Shown here: positions 1 to 14,212 of the stretch, in pieces
Layout: each line of letters opens with the position of its first letter
Numbering within the stretch: position 1 is the stretch's first letter
DNA from: Ramazzottius varieornatus
Taxonomy: Eukaryota > Animalia > Tardigrada
Reading direction: 5' to 3'
Assembly (NCBI GenBank): GCA_001949185.1
Contig: BDGG01000004.1
Coordinates: forward strand, 3,355,267 to 3,419,266
DNA: 64,000 nt
Made by a program: the position numbers and the translations under genes
The notes under the pieces: model-generated
Told to the model about the DNA's origin: nothing
Seen by the model: only the letters and a program-made list of their open reading frames with translations
The model's database searches: none

Positions 1-261
1 TGATTGGGCTTGATTGACAGAGCTGTACAGTACGCACTTTGCGTTTTGTAACTGTTGTTTCAGTCAATCAGTCTTGGCCGACATCTTCCTTGGAGTTATG
101 GGTGGTACGTCGACCTGGAAGAACGATTCAGAACTCCTCAACCCCGCTGGATGACACAGTGCTACTTCTGCAAACGGTTTCAGATAACTATCGTCTTCAG
201 CTGCGTTCGAGGGAGCTTTGCTTCCCTCGCGGAGTAGGGCACCGTTGCTGCCATCTTCACC

Positions 262-3011
262 ATGGCCGACGCTGGATTTTTCAGGGTAACTATTCTCTGT
301 TGAATGCCTTTCTGAGAACGATGGCTTACGGTGTCTTTGCAGGGAACGAATAGCGAACAGGATACAAGATTTTCCGACAAACAAAAGAAACTTTTGAAGT
401 CGATGAAGTTTGCGGATGTTTTGGCGGAGAAGGTACGGCTGCAAAGGTGGCCATTGTGGCCTTGTTTTCGTAACGATGACTTCTATTTCTAATGCAATGC
501 TGTGTTTTAGAGCATGTCAGAAAAGCTTATTTATAGGTGGACTTCAAGAAAGTCAAGTTGGATACTCTCAAACCATGGATTGCTGGCCGCGTCAATGAAT
601 TACTGGGCTTGGAGGACGAAGTGGTCGTCGAATATGTCTTCCAGCAGCTGGAAGAATCGGTAAGTAACGATGGATGACTTTAACCAAACCTGTCTTTCGC
701 TATGCCTCTACATAGAGTCCGTTGTTCTGCTGTAGAAGGTGGATCCCAGGATGATGCAAATTAACCTCACGGGATTCCTGAACGGGAAGAACGCAAGAGT
801 GTTTATGGAAGAGTTGTGGGATCTGTTGGTGAGCGCCCAAAGCAACCCATCTGGAATTCCTACAAAGCTGTTAGAAGCGAAGAAGGTTGAGCTGAGGGAG
901 CGGGAATTGGAACATGGCAGAGTTTCGGCAGCTATAAAGAAAACAAAGGACTCCATTGATCAGCTTACTCAGAAAACTATTGAGGACTCTCCTGCAGCGG
1001 CGCCAAAGTAATCCCGAATTTCATTTCAACTTTTCCAAATGTGAAAGTCTCTCGTAATCTTCTCGCTTACATATCGGTAGAAATATAAGCTTTATAAAAG
1101 CCTTGTTTCTTTCATTTCCATCACGAGAAAGAATTTTTTGTATTTGTAGAAACATTTTCTGAGTTCGTGATGTTTGTTGGTTGTAGGAACGACAGAGGAG
1201 GCGGAAATGACCAGAACGGCCGAAACAACCGAAGAGACAGCCCCATGATCAGACAGCAGGGTCGTTCACCACCCCGTCGGGATAGACCGCGATCTCCTCT
1301 TCGTTCATTCCGACGCAGTCCACCTAGGCGAGATGCTCGGAGAAGTGTGTCAAGAGAAAGAGACAACCAACCTCTCGCACGCAAACGTTCTCCTCCTCCA
1401 AGAACTGCTCGATCCCCACCATCGAGGGGACGCAAAGCTTCACCGTCACCTCCAGCAGCCAATAGACAAAGAAGCCCTGTCCGTGGGCAGAAAAATGCAA
1501 CTCGTAAGAGGTCTCCAAGCACTAGCCGCAGTCCTTCACCGAGAAACAACCGCCGTCCCTTGCCAAATCGAAGGAGCACTTCTCCCAGACAGAATAACCG
1601 AGCACCTCCACGTCGAAGCCCATCAGTGGACAAGAAAAGCCCACCGCGGAAACAACGTTCCCCCAGCTCATCCTCCAGTCGGTCTCGTTCTCCCGTTAGG
1701 AAGAATAATGACGCCAACAGCAAGAAAGAGTCGGTGGTCGATCGGCTGCGCAGTTTGGCACAAGGTGGTGGTGTTGGAAGCGAAAATGGTCAAGCCAGAC
1801 GGTAAGAGCCAGAGTACTGGCAGAGTATGAACAGATCGTGAAATGACAGCCAAAATGTTCTGTTTCAGAAGTCAGCCCGTATCTCAGCCGCCGCGGAGGC
1901 GAAGTAGCTCGCCAGTAACCTCGAAGCGGACGGCAAGGCGTTCATCTTCGTCATCTTTGCCTTCGCCACCAAGAGCGAAGAACAATCGACGTCGCAGTCC
2001 TTCACCAGTTAACAAGCGGAAACGTTCCTCTTCGTCGTCTTCGCCTGATAATCGACGACGAAAGCCTTCGCGCTCTCCACCTTTCCGAGCTAGGAAAAAC
2101 TCTCCACAGCGTCGGCGCTCGCCCTATCGCCGAAAGAGGTAAGAACTGCATTAGGCAAAGAACCCACTGAAAAATGTAGTCGGCACCAGGATGAACTGAC
2201 AACCTAACTTAGCGAACTGTCTGTTTGCAGAAGCCGAAGTTCGTCGTCGTCGTCGTCGTCAGAGCGTGGTCGGAATGCAGGTGCTAAAGACAGTGCGCGG
2301 GCGGGCAGAAATGCAAAGGAGCAGTAAGTATCTTTTTTTCTAACTCTGTTATGTTCGGTATTTAACCGTTCTGGGATTTTCAGTTCCATGTCGAGGTAGT
2401 TCTAAATATATCCTTTTGCCATACAGAGCCAGTGCTAGGCGCCAGTCACCGAAGAGGCCTACTCCGACGAGAGCTGATGATGCGCGAGGCAACAAACCCT
2501 CCGCCGCAGCGGACAGATCGGGTCGAACTGCGGATACTCGACAGCGTGGATCTCCCGACAACGTTCCAGATGTAAGTAGAGTAGTGTGTCCATTATAATA
2601 CATGAACGTCAACGTAATCACAACCTTCGATTCTTTGTACGTCTCTCCAAAGAAGAAGAAAGATGAGGAACCCAATATCAAGGTGAAGGAAAAAACTCAA
2701 GCAGATAAAGCGGTGGAAGAAGATGGAAAGAAAAGCAAGGATAAGAAGAAAAAGAAAGATAAGAAGGAAAAGAAGCACAAAAAGCATAAGAAAAGCAAGA
2801 AGAGCAAGTCTTCGAACAAGAAGGTAAGAAGTTTGCGTGATTTTGTAAACTGTCTGGTCGCTACACTTGCGCTCGATGACGAGAAGAAGCGCGAAGTTCT
2901 CTAAAATGTAACTTTGGTTCATAGGACAGTCCAAACCCTGAAAACGCTGAGATGGAGGAGAAGTTACGAGCTAAGGCTCTGGCATCGTTACGCAAAGACG
3001 ATTCCAGTTGA
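262..3011 (+). CDS. SRRM1: Serine/arginine repetitive matrix protein 1 (SRm160), PWI domain plus RS-rich region; multi-exon
   Basis: Spliced N-terminus MADAGFFR|GTNSEQDTRFSDKQKKLLKSMKF..|VDFKKVKLDTLKPWI..LGLEDEVVVEYVF..|DPRMMQINLTGFLNGKNARVFMEELWDLLVSAQ is the PWI domain. It is followed by RS/RSP repeats, a KKHKK tract and a last exon EEKLRAKALASLRKDDSS* (TGA 3009-3011). GT-AG introns e.g. 286-342, 433-536. Confidence 0.95.
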
Positions 3012-3253
3012 ATATGCTTTGCAGCGTTAATGCGACAGCAGTCGTCTTTTATTGTCGTTTTGTTGTTTTTACCAGCTCGTAGTCGTAGGTGTCGGATCTT
3101 TTGAACGACATTCTTAAACCATACACTCGTCAAGTTACAATAAAGAATTTCTCATTGCTCTTCATTTTTCGACCTCGCCGATGTCTAATTTCACGGCTTG
3201 CGAAGACAAAGTTGTAGATAAAAAATAAACAGAACCTTGCCGAGATGGAAAGT

Positions 3254-4475
3254 TTACTTGTGGCCGTAGCTTTCGATTATCTTCTGGTATTTAGCAACTC
3301 GAGGTGCTACGGTTTTCCTTGCCTGCGTCAGTAGTTTCTACAAGAAAAGGGCGATTAGCTGTCACTTCGTTTCCACCTCAGACAATTACTGCCTTTCACC
3401 GCGCGTATACCTGTTCCGTCTTCTTGGCAGTGTAGAACACTCCAGCTTTCGCTTTGCGTTTAGCCTCCAGTGTGGTTATGACGTCCTGGTACTTCCAGCC
3501 GACTTCAGCGGAGAGTCGTCCAACTTCACAGAACTACACGCAAAAACAATGGCTGTGACGAAGATGGATGTCGAGTTGGGAGTTGGGCGGGGAAAATTTC
3601 AAGAGTGCGAAAAACTTCTGCATCAGCACGTTCCAGCAGCAATAAAATCAACCCACGATACAAACGTTTACCTTTCGACGGGGATTGAGTCGTATGCTTC
3701 TGAGAGCAGCCGGAGCAACCTGACGCTTCATCTTATCGTATGGGGCTGGAATACCTTCGAAAACTTTCAGCTTATCCAAAGCGGCCTGGCCACGAGCAGT
3801 TTTGTGGGGGAGCATTCCTGCAAACAAAATCATCAGACGATCGTCCTTCTCCAGCAAATAAAGACTTTGCGACGTCTCAAAAACTTTATTCATCTCGTAC
3901 AAGTCGCAATTATTACTCACCGCGAACTGTTCTCCAGAAAATCTTGGAAGGTGCGCGGAAATGGAAAGGACCTCTTCGGGGATTGGTGTTCATTCGCTTT
4001 CTGAGGAAATCGAGGTATTTCACTGCAAACACATCCGTTCGTCGCAGTGCTGAGTAAAATTAGCATATAACTGTATTCTATCTTCAGCCGTACGTTTGTT
4101 CCGGTAGAAACTGCCGGATATGTTGATTCCTTCGCACCGAACGACGACAACATGTTGTCCTAAAACAAAACAATCAATTAATCAAGTATACACGAATCTG
4201 AGACTGCGGACTGCTCAGTCGGTGATCAATCCTCACCATGTAGAAGGGTCTTTGCCACGAGTGCCGCCAGTCTTCCCAGTAAATGTCCTCGTCCATCCAG
4301 GACCAACGGCTACAAGCGACAAACATTTGAGCACGACTACTCGAGGCACCACAAACAAAAACAACCAGTGCAAGCAATACTGCGGCGAATCCAAAGATTC
4401 GATTCCCGTGACGGCAGCTGTCGGGAGCGTGAATGGACCTTCACACTGCCGCCTTACCTTGTTAGTGAAACCCAT
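3254..4475 (-). CDS. RPL13A: 60S ribosomal protein L13a (uL13); 6 coding exons
   Basis: Minus-strand spliced product MGFTNK|[25 protein letters not shown]|[21 protein letters not shown]|..[29 protein letters not shown]|[29 protein letters not shown]..|..[12 protein letters not shown]. Confidence 0.97.
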
Positions 4476-5006
4476 GACGAAGAGGGTCGATCTTCCAGCA
4501 ACACACACGATGATAAATCCAAATCCTATAGAGATGAAGTCCTCTCCAGACCGATGTTTCCGGCTAAGCACACAGACGAGGAATCTTCAGAACTTTCGGA
4601 CGAAATCGTGAACTGGTGTGTGACCTTTCCCACTCAAACCCGTCGGTTCAATCTCTGCCTATGCCGCGTGCTGACTTCAGTCCGCGTATGCGTGAGTCCT
4701 ACTCCGTGCAGACACATAGATGCCTACTATGCATGCACTTTCGAGTAGTGAATATCCAGTTTGCCGTATCTGAGCCGGCGAGGGCAGGCCGGCAGGCCCT
4801 TACGCTCTACTTGGGGTTCCCGTCTTCGCCTGCGGGTACACTCGTTATAAAATTTTCACGTGGACTTTCGTTTCTTTGTGAGAAAACCACAATTCCCAAT
4901 CCCACATCATTCACCCATCAATAGGTTGAACACATCTAGACCCGTCTAACCGATTAAAGAGTCCTTCGAACCTTTTGACACGTGGAGGAGAGGAACGCCA
5001 AGCGTC

Positions 5007-8000
5007 ATGGATGCTATCAATATAACTGACGTAAGTGGTAAGATACTTTTCTGAGATATTTCTGGGATCCCGCGTTATTCTACAGTGGTAGACAATTCAT
5101 TATTGTATTGGATGCTGAGAGCTTTGGTAGAAGTTTTTCTTACAGGATAGTGCATTCCATCGGCCCAACTCAAAAAAACCTCCCAAGAAGGGACAGCAGA
5201 GCCGAAAGAGAAAGATGGAAAAGGATCTGTTCTATGGCGAAATACAGGACGCTTTCACTAGTGCGCTAGATTCCATCGAGCAGGTGAGCCTGTCCAGGTA
5301 CAGTACCTACCGTTTGCCCATTTTAGCTCCTTATAAGTCCATCTACAGCGAATTTTTCTTCTTGGAGCAGACTGAGCAAGACGTCTATGGACATCTTGCT
5401 AGAATCGTTACGGACCGGGTAACATCCATCATAACAAGAAGTAGCACAACAGTATCGAACAAGGCGAGGGAAAAATTCGGACTTAAGGCTGATATGATTA
5501 CTCATCCTATCGAAATTTGCAGTGTGGAGATCGGTAAGTATTTGTCACAGACTGTAGCATCCTGTAGGACTGTAGGAAGTACATATGTAGTACGCGTTCT
5601 GTGTACCATTGCCGAAGTATCACATAAAATATCACTGGAGAAAGCGAAATGGCGTAGAAACACTTGTTGCAAGTGTACAAGGTAAACAGCTGGTTGCACC
5701 GGAAGTACCAATCAAGGCCTCTGATTGTACCGCCTTACGACCCCGCCCGGATTGTCGATTGATTGATTTGCCACTTTTACAACAATACTCCGGCAATGGT
5801 ATGTTTGGCGAAGAACTCGTATCCGAGTTTTTCCCATTTAGGAGACACGGACGTGGGTCGTTTTCCGGACAAGCTGACTGTCTTGTTGGAAAACAACTTG
5901 CCCGCGAGACCGGCGCTCACATTCCTGGATGCATCCAGTATTTCGGACCTTGACAGTCTCTCTGCCGCAGTGAGACGGGATAACAGCGAGTGGTTTGTAT
6001 GAAGCATTCGTCACCTCCCATTTGTTCAGATTCTTGGAGTTGTTAACTCGACTGGGTGTTCTTCCGTTCCAGGTGGTTGATCCTGAGGGGGAGCACAGCT
6101 CAGAACAGACATTTCGGGCGCTGTCTGATAAGTTGAAGGAACTTCCGGTTATCAAATCCCCCTCCAAGAAGAAAGCCAGGGCTGAGATTGGCAGAACGGT
6201 TGTCGTTTTTGTGATACGCCATGCCGAAGCGATGTCCCAGAGTCTTTTGGAAAGTCTTGTGGAGATTCTTTCCGTCTTCAACATCCACAGTCTTATTGTA
6301 GCATGTTGCAAATCGTCTTTTGCCTTTCCGCCACAACTTGCCAGTGGGAAATGTATGGTCAAAACAACGGTGGAAACAACGGGTCAGCCTTCTGACTATC
6401 GGGCCATTGCTCGCAAGGTAATTCTAAAATCAGAATTGGGCTTGGCGTCGCTTCGGACGGCGAAAGTGATGTACGTTATACTGCCGTATAATTGCACATA
6501 GATGTGAATACTCTTTGCATAATTACAGTTCTTTGAAGCGGAGACCAAGTATCACTTCCTCTTCGGACCCAGCGTTGCTGGTTACATGTTTGACTTAGTT
6601 CCAGCTGTCACGCACCTTTCGGAGGAGATGCATAACGCTTTGAAGGTGTGTACGGCAGTTGAGTTTGTCAAGTTGAAGGACTTCTCTGGACTCTCACTAT
6701 ACACGCATTCGTACTATAGTCTCGTATCGTTATACCGCTGTAGTTTCGTTAATCGCGTTCTCCGTGCATGTAGGTGTGTATCGCGATGCATTTCTCTGAC
6801 AGCAGAATGTCGATAGAGGCTGTTATTGGTATGGACAGCGAAGACGCCACCGTGGACCATTTGCACGCCTTTTGCCGACGACTGCCTTCCTTTCGAAAGT
6901 AAGTACGTGTCGGGGTGTTAGCCCATGGAAGAACATGACGGAAACAGTGATGAGATCTGGATCGGGTTGCTTATTTAGGTTTCTTGCCCTTCAAGATCCG
7001 CGTAACCAGATCAAGCTGCTATCAGAGACCTCGACGGCTAGCGGCTATTTCCACGAGTTCGTGGTTGCACGCTTCAAGGAACTGTCGAAGTTCCGCACGA
7101 CCTTCCTGTACTTGACGAACTTGCTGTCTGAAATACTGGCCTTCGTTCCTGTGCCGTGGCCCGTTGTTTACTGCACTGTAATGAGCGGTCGTTCGTGGAA
7201 GAATTGCGAAGAACTTCAGAAAGCTGGGTAATTTGAAGACCGCAACCCTGGTATTGACGATGGTATTCATTTTGCTCAGCTCTGCAGTATTTATTTATAA
7301 TATTCCTGATGTAATATTTGCCCAGTCGCAAAATAGATGTTAGACAGTTGCAAAATGACAGTTAATTCTTGTTGCAGTGCTGCTCAGGAAGAAAAGAGTT
7401 TGAAGTTGGTCGAGCGCAGCCTGGAATCTTTCGTTAAGCTGGGGAATGGGATTTCCAAAGTTTTTGATGCGTGGAAGAAAGATCTAACTAATCATGTGGC
7501 GGAGCAGAAAAGTATAGTATCCTCTTAGGAACTCGCTTCGTTGGAAACGTCTTACTTCTAATGTTTGTCGTTTTAGGTGATAAAGATATTCTCTTGAAGT
7601 GGCAACAGAACTCTCAGCGCGGTTCACCTCTGGTTGGGCTATTGGATAATTTATGCAGGTTAGTCAAATAGAGAGTTCGAAAGTTCGCTGTTAGGATCAC
7701 CATGACTTGTTTCCATATATTTCCATATTTTAGTCGGTTAGAGGCCTCCGATTTCCCAGTTTTCCACGAGTTCCTAATTTTCGACGACGTGGCACGGTTA
7801 CGAGCAAGGCTGAATCCGGACATCAGACAGGCTAACGATTTAGTTTTAGAAGATCCGTCGACAGCTTTGTTCCCAGTGAGAACTGTACTTCGATGGCTTC
7901 GTCTAGACGATAGCTATTAGTTTCTCATTTGTAAATCTCGCTCTTCGTCTACACAGGTCAAAAGGGAAGCCAAGGATAAGGATATGGCGGCCGGAGGTCC

Positions 8001-8280
8001 ACGTCGGGAGAGTATCCCGAACGACTTAGCGCTAGTCCGCGCGAGTTTGCATTCTGACCGGAGGTACCTGAAGATGACCAAATCGCTACGAGACTTCCGG
8101 CAGAAGCTCCATCGGGATGAGCAGAGTAAAATTCTTGGACAGAAGGATGACAATGAGGGCGTTGCTCAGTCTTCCCAAGAAGAACGCGCGCGTTTCATGG
8201 CCTGTCTACCGGCATTACAAGCTCTCGGTATTCTTTCTCTGACCACGAAGGCGAAAACTTCCTCCTATCTTGTCACGTAA
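5007..8280 (+). CDS. ORC3: Origin recognition complex subunit 3 (latheo-like), strongly diverged; multi-exon
   Basis: Colinear remnants of ORC3 motifs: VVFVIRHAEAMSQSLLESLVEILS (cf. VVILxDFExFxxxVLQDLIxILS), RRLPSFRK, FPVFHEFLIFDDVARLRARLNPDIRQA, and C-terminal winged-helix RARFMACLPALQALGILSLTTK. Start codon and 5' exon boundaries are tentative. Confidence 0.75.
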
Positions 8281-8953
8281 TCGTTGTTTGAAAGATTTAC
8301 CTGTGCGAAATTTTGCAAGGAGACATTTCAGACTTATGTTTTAACTATTTTTCATCGAATCTTTCTAGTTTCCTAAAATTTGTCCAAATGCTCTAAGAAA
8401 GTTTTTCAATCGTTTTAAACCCAATTATGTGACTCACGGTTTGTCGACGTTCGTTTTTGTGGAATGGAGCTTGGAGAATGGCAGTAACGTAATGGCATTT
8501 CGATCTGGGTGTCCGTTATCTGTAAGCGATACAGACGCACCGCCATCAAAACAAGAATGGGGCTATTTGGGGATTAACTCGAAAAATATCCCTTGATCCT
8601 TAGCGTCGATTTAACGGCTCCTTCTCATCTTTTCTCTCATTGTACCATCTCAATGGAAGAAGCAACACTTGAGCAAACAAAGTGGGTTTGTTCGGCATCA
8701 TTACGAGAAGAATTCCGATGAGTGTGCTTTTCTTGACCGTTGGTATAATGTCTTCTGACCGAACGCACAAAGAACCTTTCCGGCCTCTCTGACGTCGAAT
8801 CTAACTTCCTTCGTTCTTTGCTTCTTTTGGGCGGTCCGGTGTTGGGACATCGTGTCATCATCGTCAGTAACCATTTATCTTTCAGTGTTCACTTCTGCTG
8901 TGTTTGATTACAACGTTGAAGTTTCCGATTAAACGAGGAAGTTTTATATAACC

Positions 8954-9502
8954 ATGGATTTCTTTCAGACATTTGGTTTCCCAGCTATCCATCCTCATCC
9001 ATCGTACTCGGTAAGCCCGAAACCGAACTACGACGAACAGTTCGTCTCGACTGTTTGTCTGCGCTTCCTGGCCGGTACCCAGTGGGATTCGAGAAGTTTT
9101 GTGCCGTCAACAAGGGAACCGGCATCCTGGAACGGAAGTCCGCATCAGCTGGCGGTCCGCGAGCCACATTCCTCCGAGTATGCAGATCGTCCTGACCTTG
9201 GGGGTATTTCAAAGCCGTTAATGAAGGGCGAGGAGAAAACTGTGAACACAAAGCCTGTGCCTTGTGCTTCGAAGACCGGAAATGCAAGTCGCAAGCGCTT
9301 GAGAACCACCTTTACCGGCCATCAACTGTCGGTAATGGAAAAGCAGTTTGAGCTGAATCGGTACATCGGCAGCCTGGAACGCAAAGAGATTTCTGAGACC
9401 CTCGGCCTTACCGAAGGACAAGTAAAGATTTGGTGGCAGAACCGAAGAATCAAAGAACGGAAATCGGCGCCCAAACCAGGAAGAAGTTTTTCTTTGGAAT
9501 GA
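8954..9502 (+). CDS. Intronless ANTP-class (NKL subclass; Noto/Emx/Vax-like) homeodomain protein, 182 aa
   Basis: Homeodomain ~9290-9463 RKRLRTTFTGHQLSVMEKQFELNRYIGSLERKEISETLGLTEGQVKIWWQNRRIKERK with Q50/N51. Family assignment is uncertain. Confidence 0.9.
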   Translation: MDFFQTFGFPAIHPHPSYSVSPKPNYDEQFVSTVCLRFLAGTQWDSRSFVPSTREPASWNGSPHQLAVREPHSSEYADRPDLGGISKPLMKGEEKTVNTKPVPCASKTGNASRKRLRTTFTGHQLSVMEKQFELNRYIGSLERKEISETLGLTEGQVKIWWQNRRIKERKSAPKPGRSFSLE

Positions 9503-10318
9503 CCATGTTGCTATGAAGTATTCGGCCCGTAGATGCGTCTTTCTTACAAACTCAGGTTTTTGACAAAATGAAAAACGCTATTTTTTAAGTTCTGGTTCTG
9601 TGCCTTGCACTTCTTCTTAGTGGTGGACGGTATCTAACAAAGTCAGACTGGGCTGCTTCGTCCGTTTCAATGGCACCTGTTGATTTGCAGTCTTCGTATG
9701 CCTCATTCCTAATTCCTAAATTTGGTATGATCCTCAGACAAAATGTCGAGTTCTGTTAGATTCTCATATGAGTACTTTAAGTTCATCGATACCGAAAGTT
9801 GGATGAGTGGAGGATGGTTTCCTGTGAGGCAGCTCTTCTTGGGGCGGGTAGTGGTGACCGTGGTCTTCCAACGGTCCCGTTAGTTTACCAACTGATAGTT
9901 CTCCACCACGACTGGTCAAGTCAGTGGAATCGCTCCGATGTAGGAGACCAACAATAAGGTTTACCGAGGTTGCATTTCCGATGGTTTGACAAGATTTTAA
10001 ACTTTAAACGTAGTTTACGTACTGTAATTATATTCGATGCAAAGCTTCAGTCGTCATTTCGATCTGCTGTTTCCTAGTTTCCTACCGGCTACCGCCAATT
10101 TGTGCCAAAGCCTGAGAACTTGCCCTAGGGGTGAAGATTCAATATTTTGACCTCTGGGCTTAATCAAGTTCTTACAGTTACGTAGCTGTGCGGCGATCGG
10201 CGTTTCGCAATCCTTCCCTCCTTCGTACTTCCGGTCTGGAACTTTAGACAGCATCGCCTCCTAGCTTTCTGACTTTGGCGGAGATCAAGCTGACGCTGAA
10301 CGCTCCCCGTTGCGATTG

Positions 10319-11872
<1,554 letters not shown>

Positions 11873-12267
11873 TATTTGTCTGGGTTTTGAATCGAAATTC
11901 GGGAATTTGTTTCGATTGTTCATTTACCAGGTTTTTCCCTCCTCGTACTTCGTGTGTTCGGCTGGAATCCCTTGTATGCTTTCGAAGTTTCGATTCCAGA
12001 TTTCACCACAGACATCATAAAAAAGTATTGAATCCAGATAAAGGCGTACAGTACGTTACCTAAAAACCGGATTGCGCGCACTCTCGTTCAGCAGGTTTGA
12101 AGTTTACATTTTACAGTCGCCGTATTAAACTACGACAACTATAAAGTCTGAGTATCCTGGTGCTTGATTGCTATTGAGTCAGCTTTGCTCTTCGAAATCG
12201 GTCCATGAATTCGATGCAGATTTGTTAGTCGGACTGGCCATTGAGAGCTTTGGACCTCTCTACAAAG

Positions 12268-13701
12268 ATGACTACTTTGACGTAAGTATATCGTACATTC
12301 TCTCACTTAAGTCAGTTTACTTCTTCTTCTCGCGCAGCCCCTGTGTCCTGATTCCAGGCCAGGAATACTGCTTGGTATTGGGAACGCACTCCTGGACGTC
12401 ACTGCGGAAGTTGAACTCAGCTTTCTCCTAAAGTACGGGATCGAACTGGATACAGCGGTCAGCGGAGACGAACGTCATGCTTCCTTGTAAGCGTGAGAAG
12501 GAATGCAGTCCGCATTGCGGTTTATCGTCTGATTGAAGAGTTAACAATGAATTTATTGTGTAACAGATTGGTTGATCTGGAGAAGCAATACCCTACTACA
12601 CACTGTGCTGGCGGATCCGGCCTGAATGTTCTTCGTTCTGCTCAATGGATTCTCAGAGTTCCTGGCATCTGCACATTCGTTGGTTGTATAGGGAATGACT
12701 CTGCCGGGAAGATGTTGCTGAAGTCGGCCGAAAAAGACGGCGTGGACGCTGTATTCCAAATCGCGGAGTGCGAAACGAGCCTATGTATCGTAATGGCCGT
12801 CGCTGACCAGCGGTCACTATGCAGTTTCCAGCGTGCGAGCAGTCTATTCAGTTTCACAGAGATGTTACGGGCGGAAATGCAGCATCGCTTGCAGCGCGCA
12901 TCGGTTATATATTTATCGGTACGAGTACTTGAAAGTGCGTTGGCTTTGCTCGGAAATCATGGAGACACCTCACTACGGTAGAAGTTCGTCGCGGAGTGGT
13001 GGTCGGTGCCGTTTTTGGCCTTAGTAAATGACATGTTTCTGTGTTTTTGCAGGGGTTTTTCCTGAACGTTTGTACCAGAACAGCTCGGTACGTCACCACT
13101 TATGCGCGTGAAAACCAGAAACGATTTGTTCTGGACTTGGGTGCGCCAAGGGTTGTGGATGCCCAAGCCGAGCTGGTGAGATGGCTCCTACCTGAAACCG
13201 ACGTTCTGTTTGGTAACGAAGCAGAGTTCAGGGCTTTGGGAAGAACCTTGGGCATTTCGGTTAGTCGAAGAGCATCGACTACCGTACACCCGTTTTCTAC
13301 GATGTCCTGTTACCGGAAGTACAGTAACAGCTTCATCTGTTATTTTGCAGGATAGCACGAACGGTAAAAATCTCTGCAAAGCGGTCCAGAAGTGGATTTC
13401 CCAAGAAGCAGAACAGTTAAACCGCGACCACGCCCGGATCTTGCTGATGACGAGAGGGAAGGAGCCAGTTGTCGTCGCTACTTCAGCGGAAGGAGTTACC
13501 GAATATCCTTGTATGGAGGTTGCCAAAGAGGCTATTGTAGATGTTAATGGTGCTGGTGATGCTTTCCTGGGTGGATTTCTGGCTAGATATATCCAGCACT
13601 GTTCGGTAGATGAATGTGTTACTTGTGGGTTGCTTACCTCGAACGCTGTGATACAGCAAAGAGGGTGTAATTTTCCTGAACTATCTCCTGCAGGACGATA
13701 A
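12268..13701 (+). CDS. ADK: Adenosine kinase-like paralogue, copy 2; 5 exons
   Basis: MTTLT|PGILLGIGNALLDVTAEVE.., AGGSGLNV, VGCIGNDSAG, LFGNEAE, DVNGAGDAFLGGFL; four intron positions shared with copy 1. Confidence 0.88.
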
Positions 13702-13877
13702 CTGACGGATGCAGTGATCTTGTTTGTATACTACGAATCCCCTGGTTCTAGGATGAGTTCTAGTACTAGGTATTCGTGAGCACGGAACCTGCGATGTAGC
13801 GCCAAGGCTTCCTGTCCTTTGTTCAGTTTGCTGGTTTTGTTACTGTGTGACGTCATTTACATACAATTAACCTCAGT

Positions 13878-13894
13878 AGTATGTCATGTCATAC
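13878..13894. promoter_or_regulatory. AGTATGTCATGTCATAC upstream motif (identical copy at 24769-24785; core GTCATGTCAT also near 22371 reverse and 38162)
   Basis: Exact 17-mer repeat read directly. All four core copies lie 160-330 bp upstream of start codons. Confidence 0.45.
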
Positions 13895-14212
13895 GATATC
13901 GTGAACTTTCGGTCAGCGGCGCTCGGATGTGTTCCAGACTTCCAGTCAGTTTAGTACGTAGTCCGCAGTCTTCTCCGCCTTTCCCGAAACACTTACTACA
14001 TCCCTGATCTTGAATGGAAGGGGGTATTTTATCATACATTTGGATTGGGTAAGGACGTTAACTCCAGGACCACCCGCTCGTATATCCTTGTCGTGAACTC
14101 GAGACTGCCGTAACTCTGCTTGGTACAGTACAGTAGCTTACTGGACACAGGAGAGTCAACCACAAATTCCTCGAGGAGCTACTCGTCTGGCGAAGCTGCA
14201 CCCAACCCCATC

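Noticed and set aside
1121-1830. Long alternative-frame and antisense ORFs over SRRM1 (and similar ones over DOCK1, TONSL, HDHD2, QKI)
   Set aside because: Shadow ORFs of low-complexity or GC-rich coding exons with no independent protein features.
3536-4457. Box C/D snoRNAs in RPL13A introns (vertebrate RPL13A hosts U32-U35); weak GAGATGA..CTGA pair in the ~3820-3920 intron
   Set aside because: No canonical RTGATGA box C, the CTGA is too close to the 3' splice site, and no rRNA-complementary guide was recognised; an Infernal/snoscan run would be needed.
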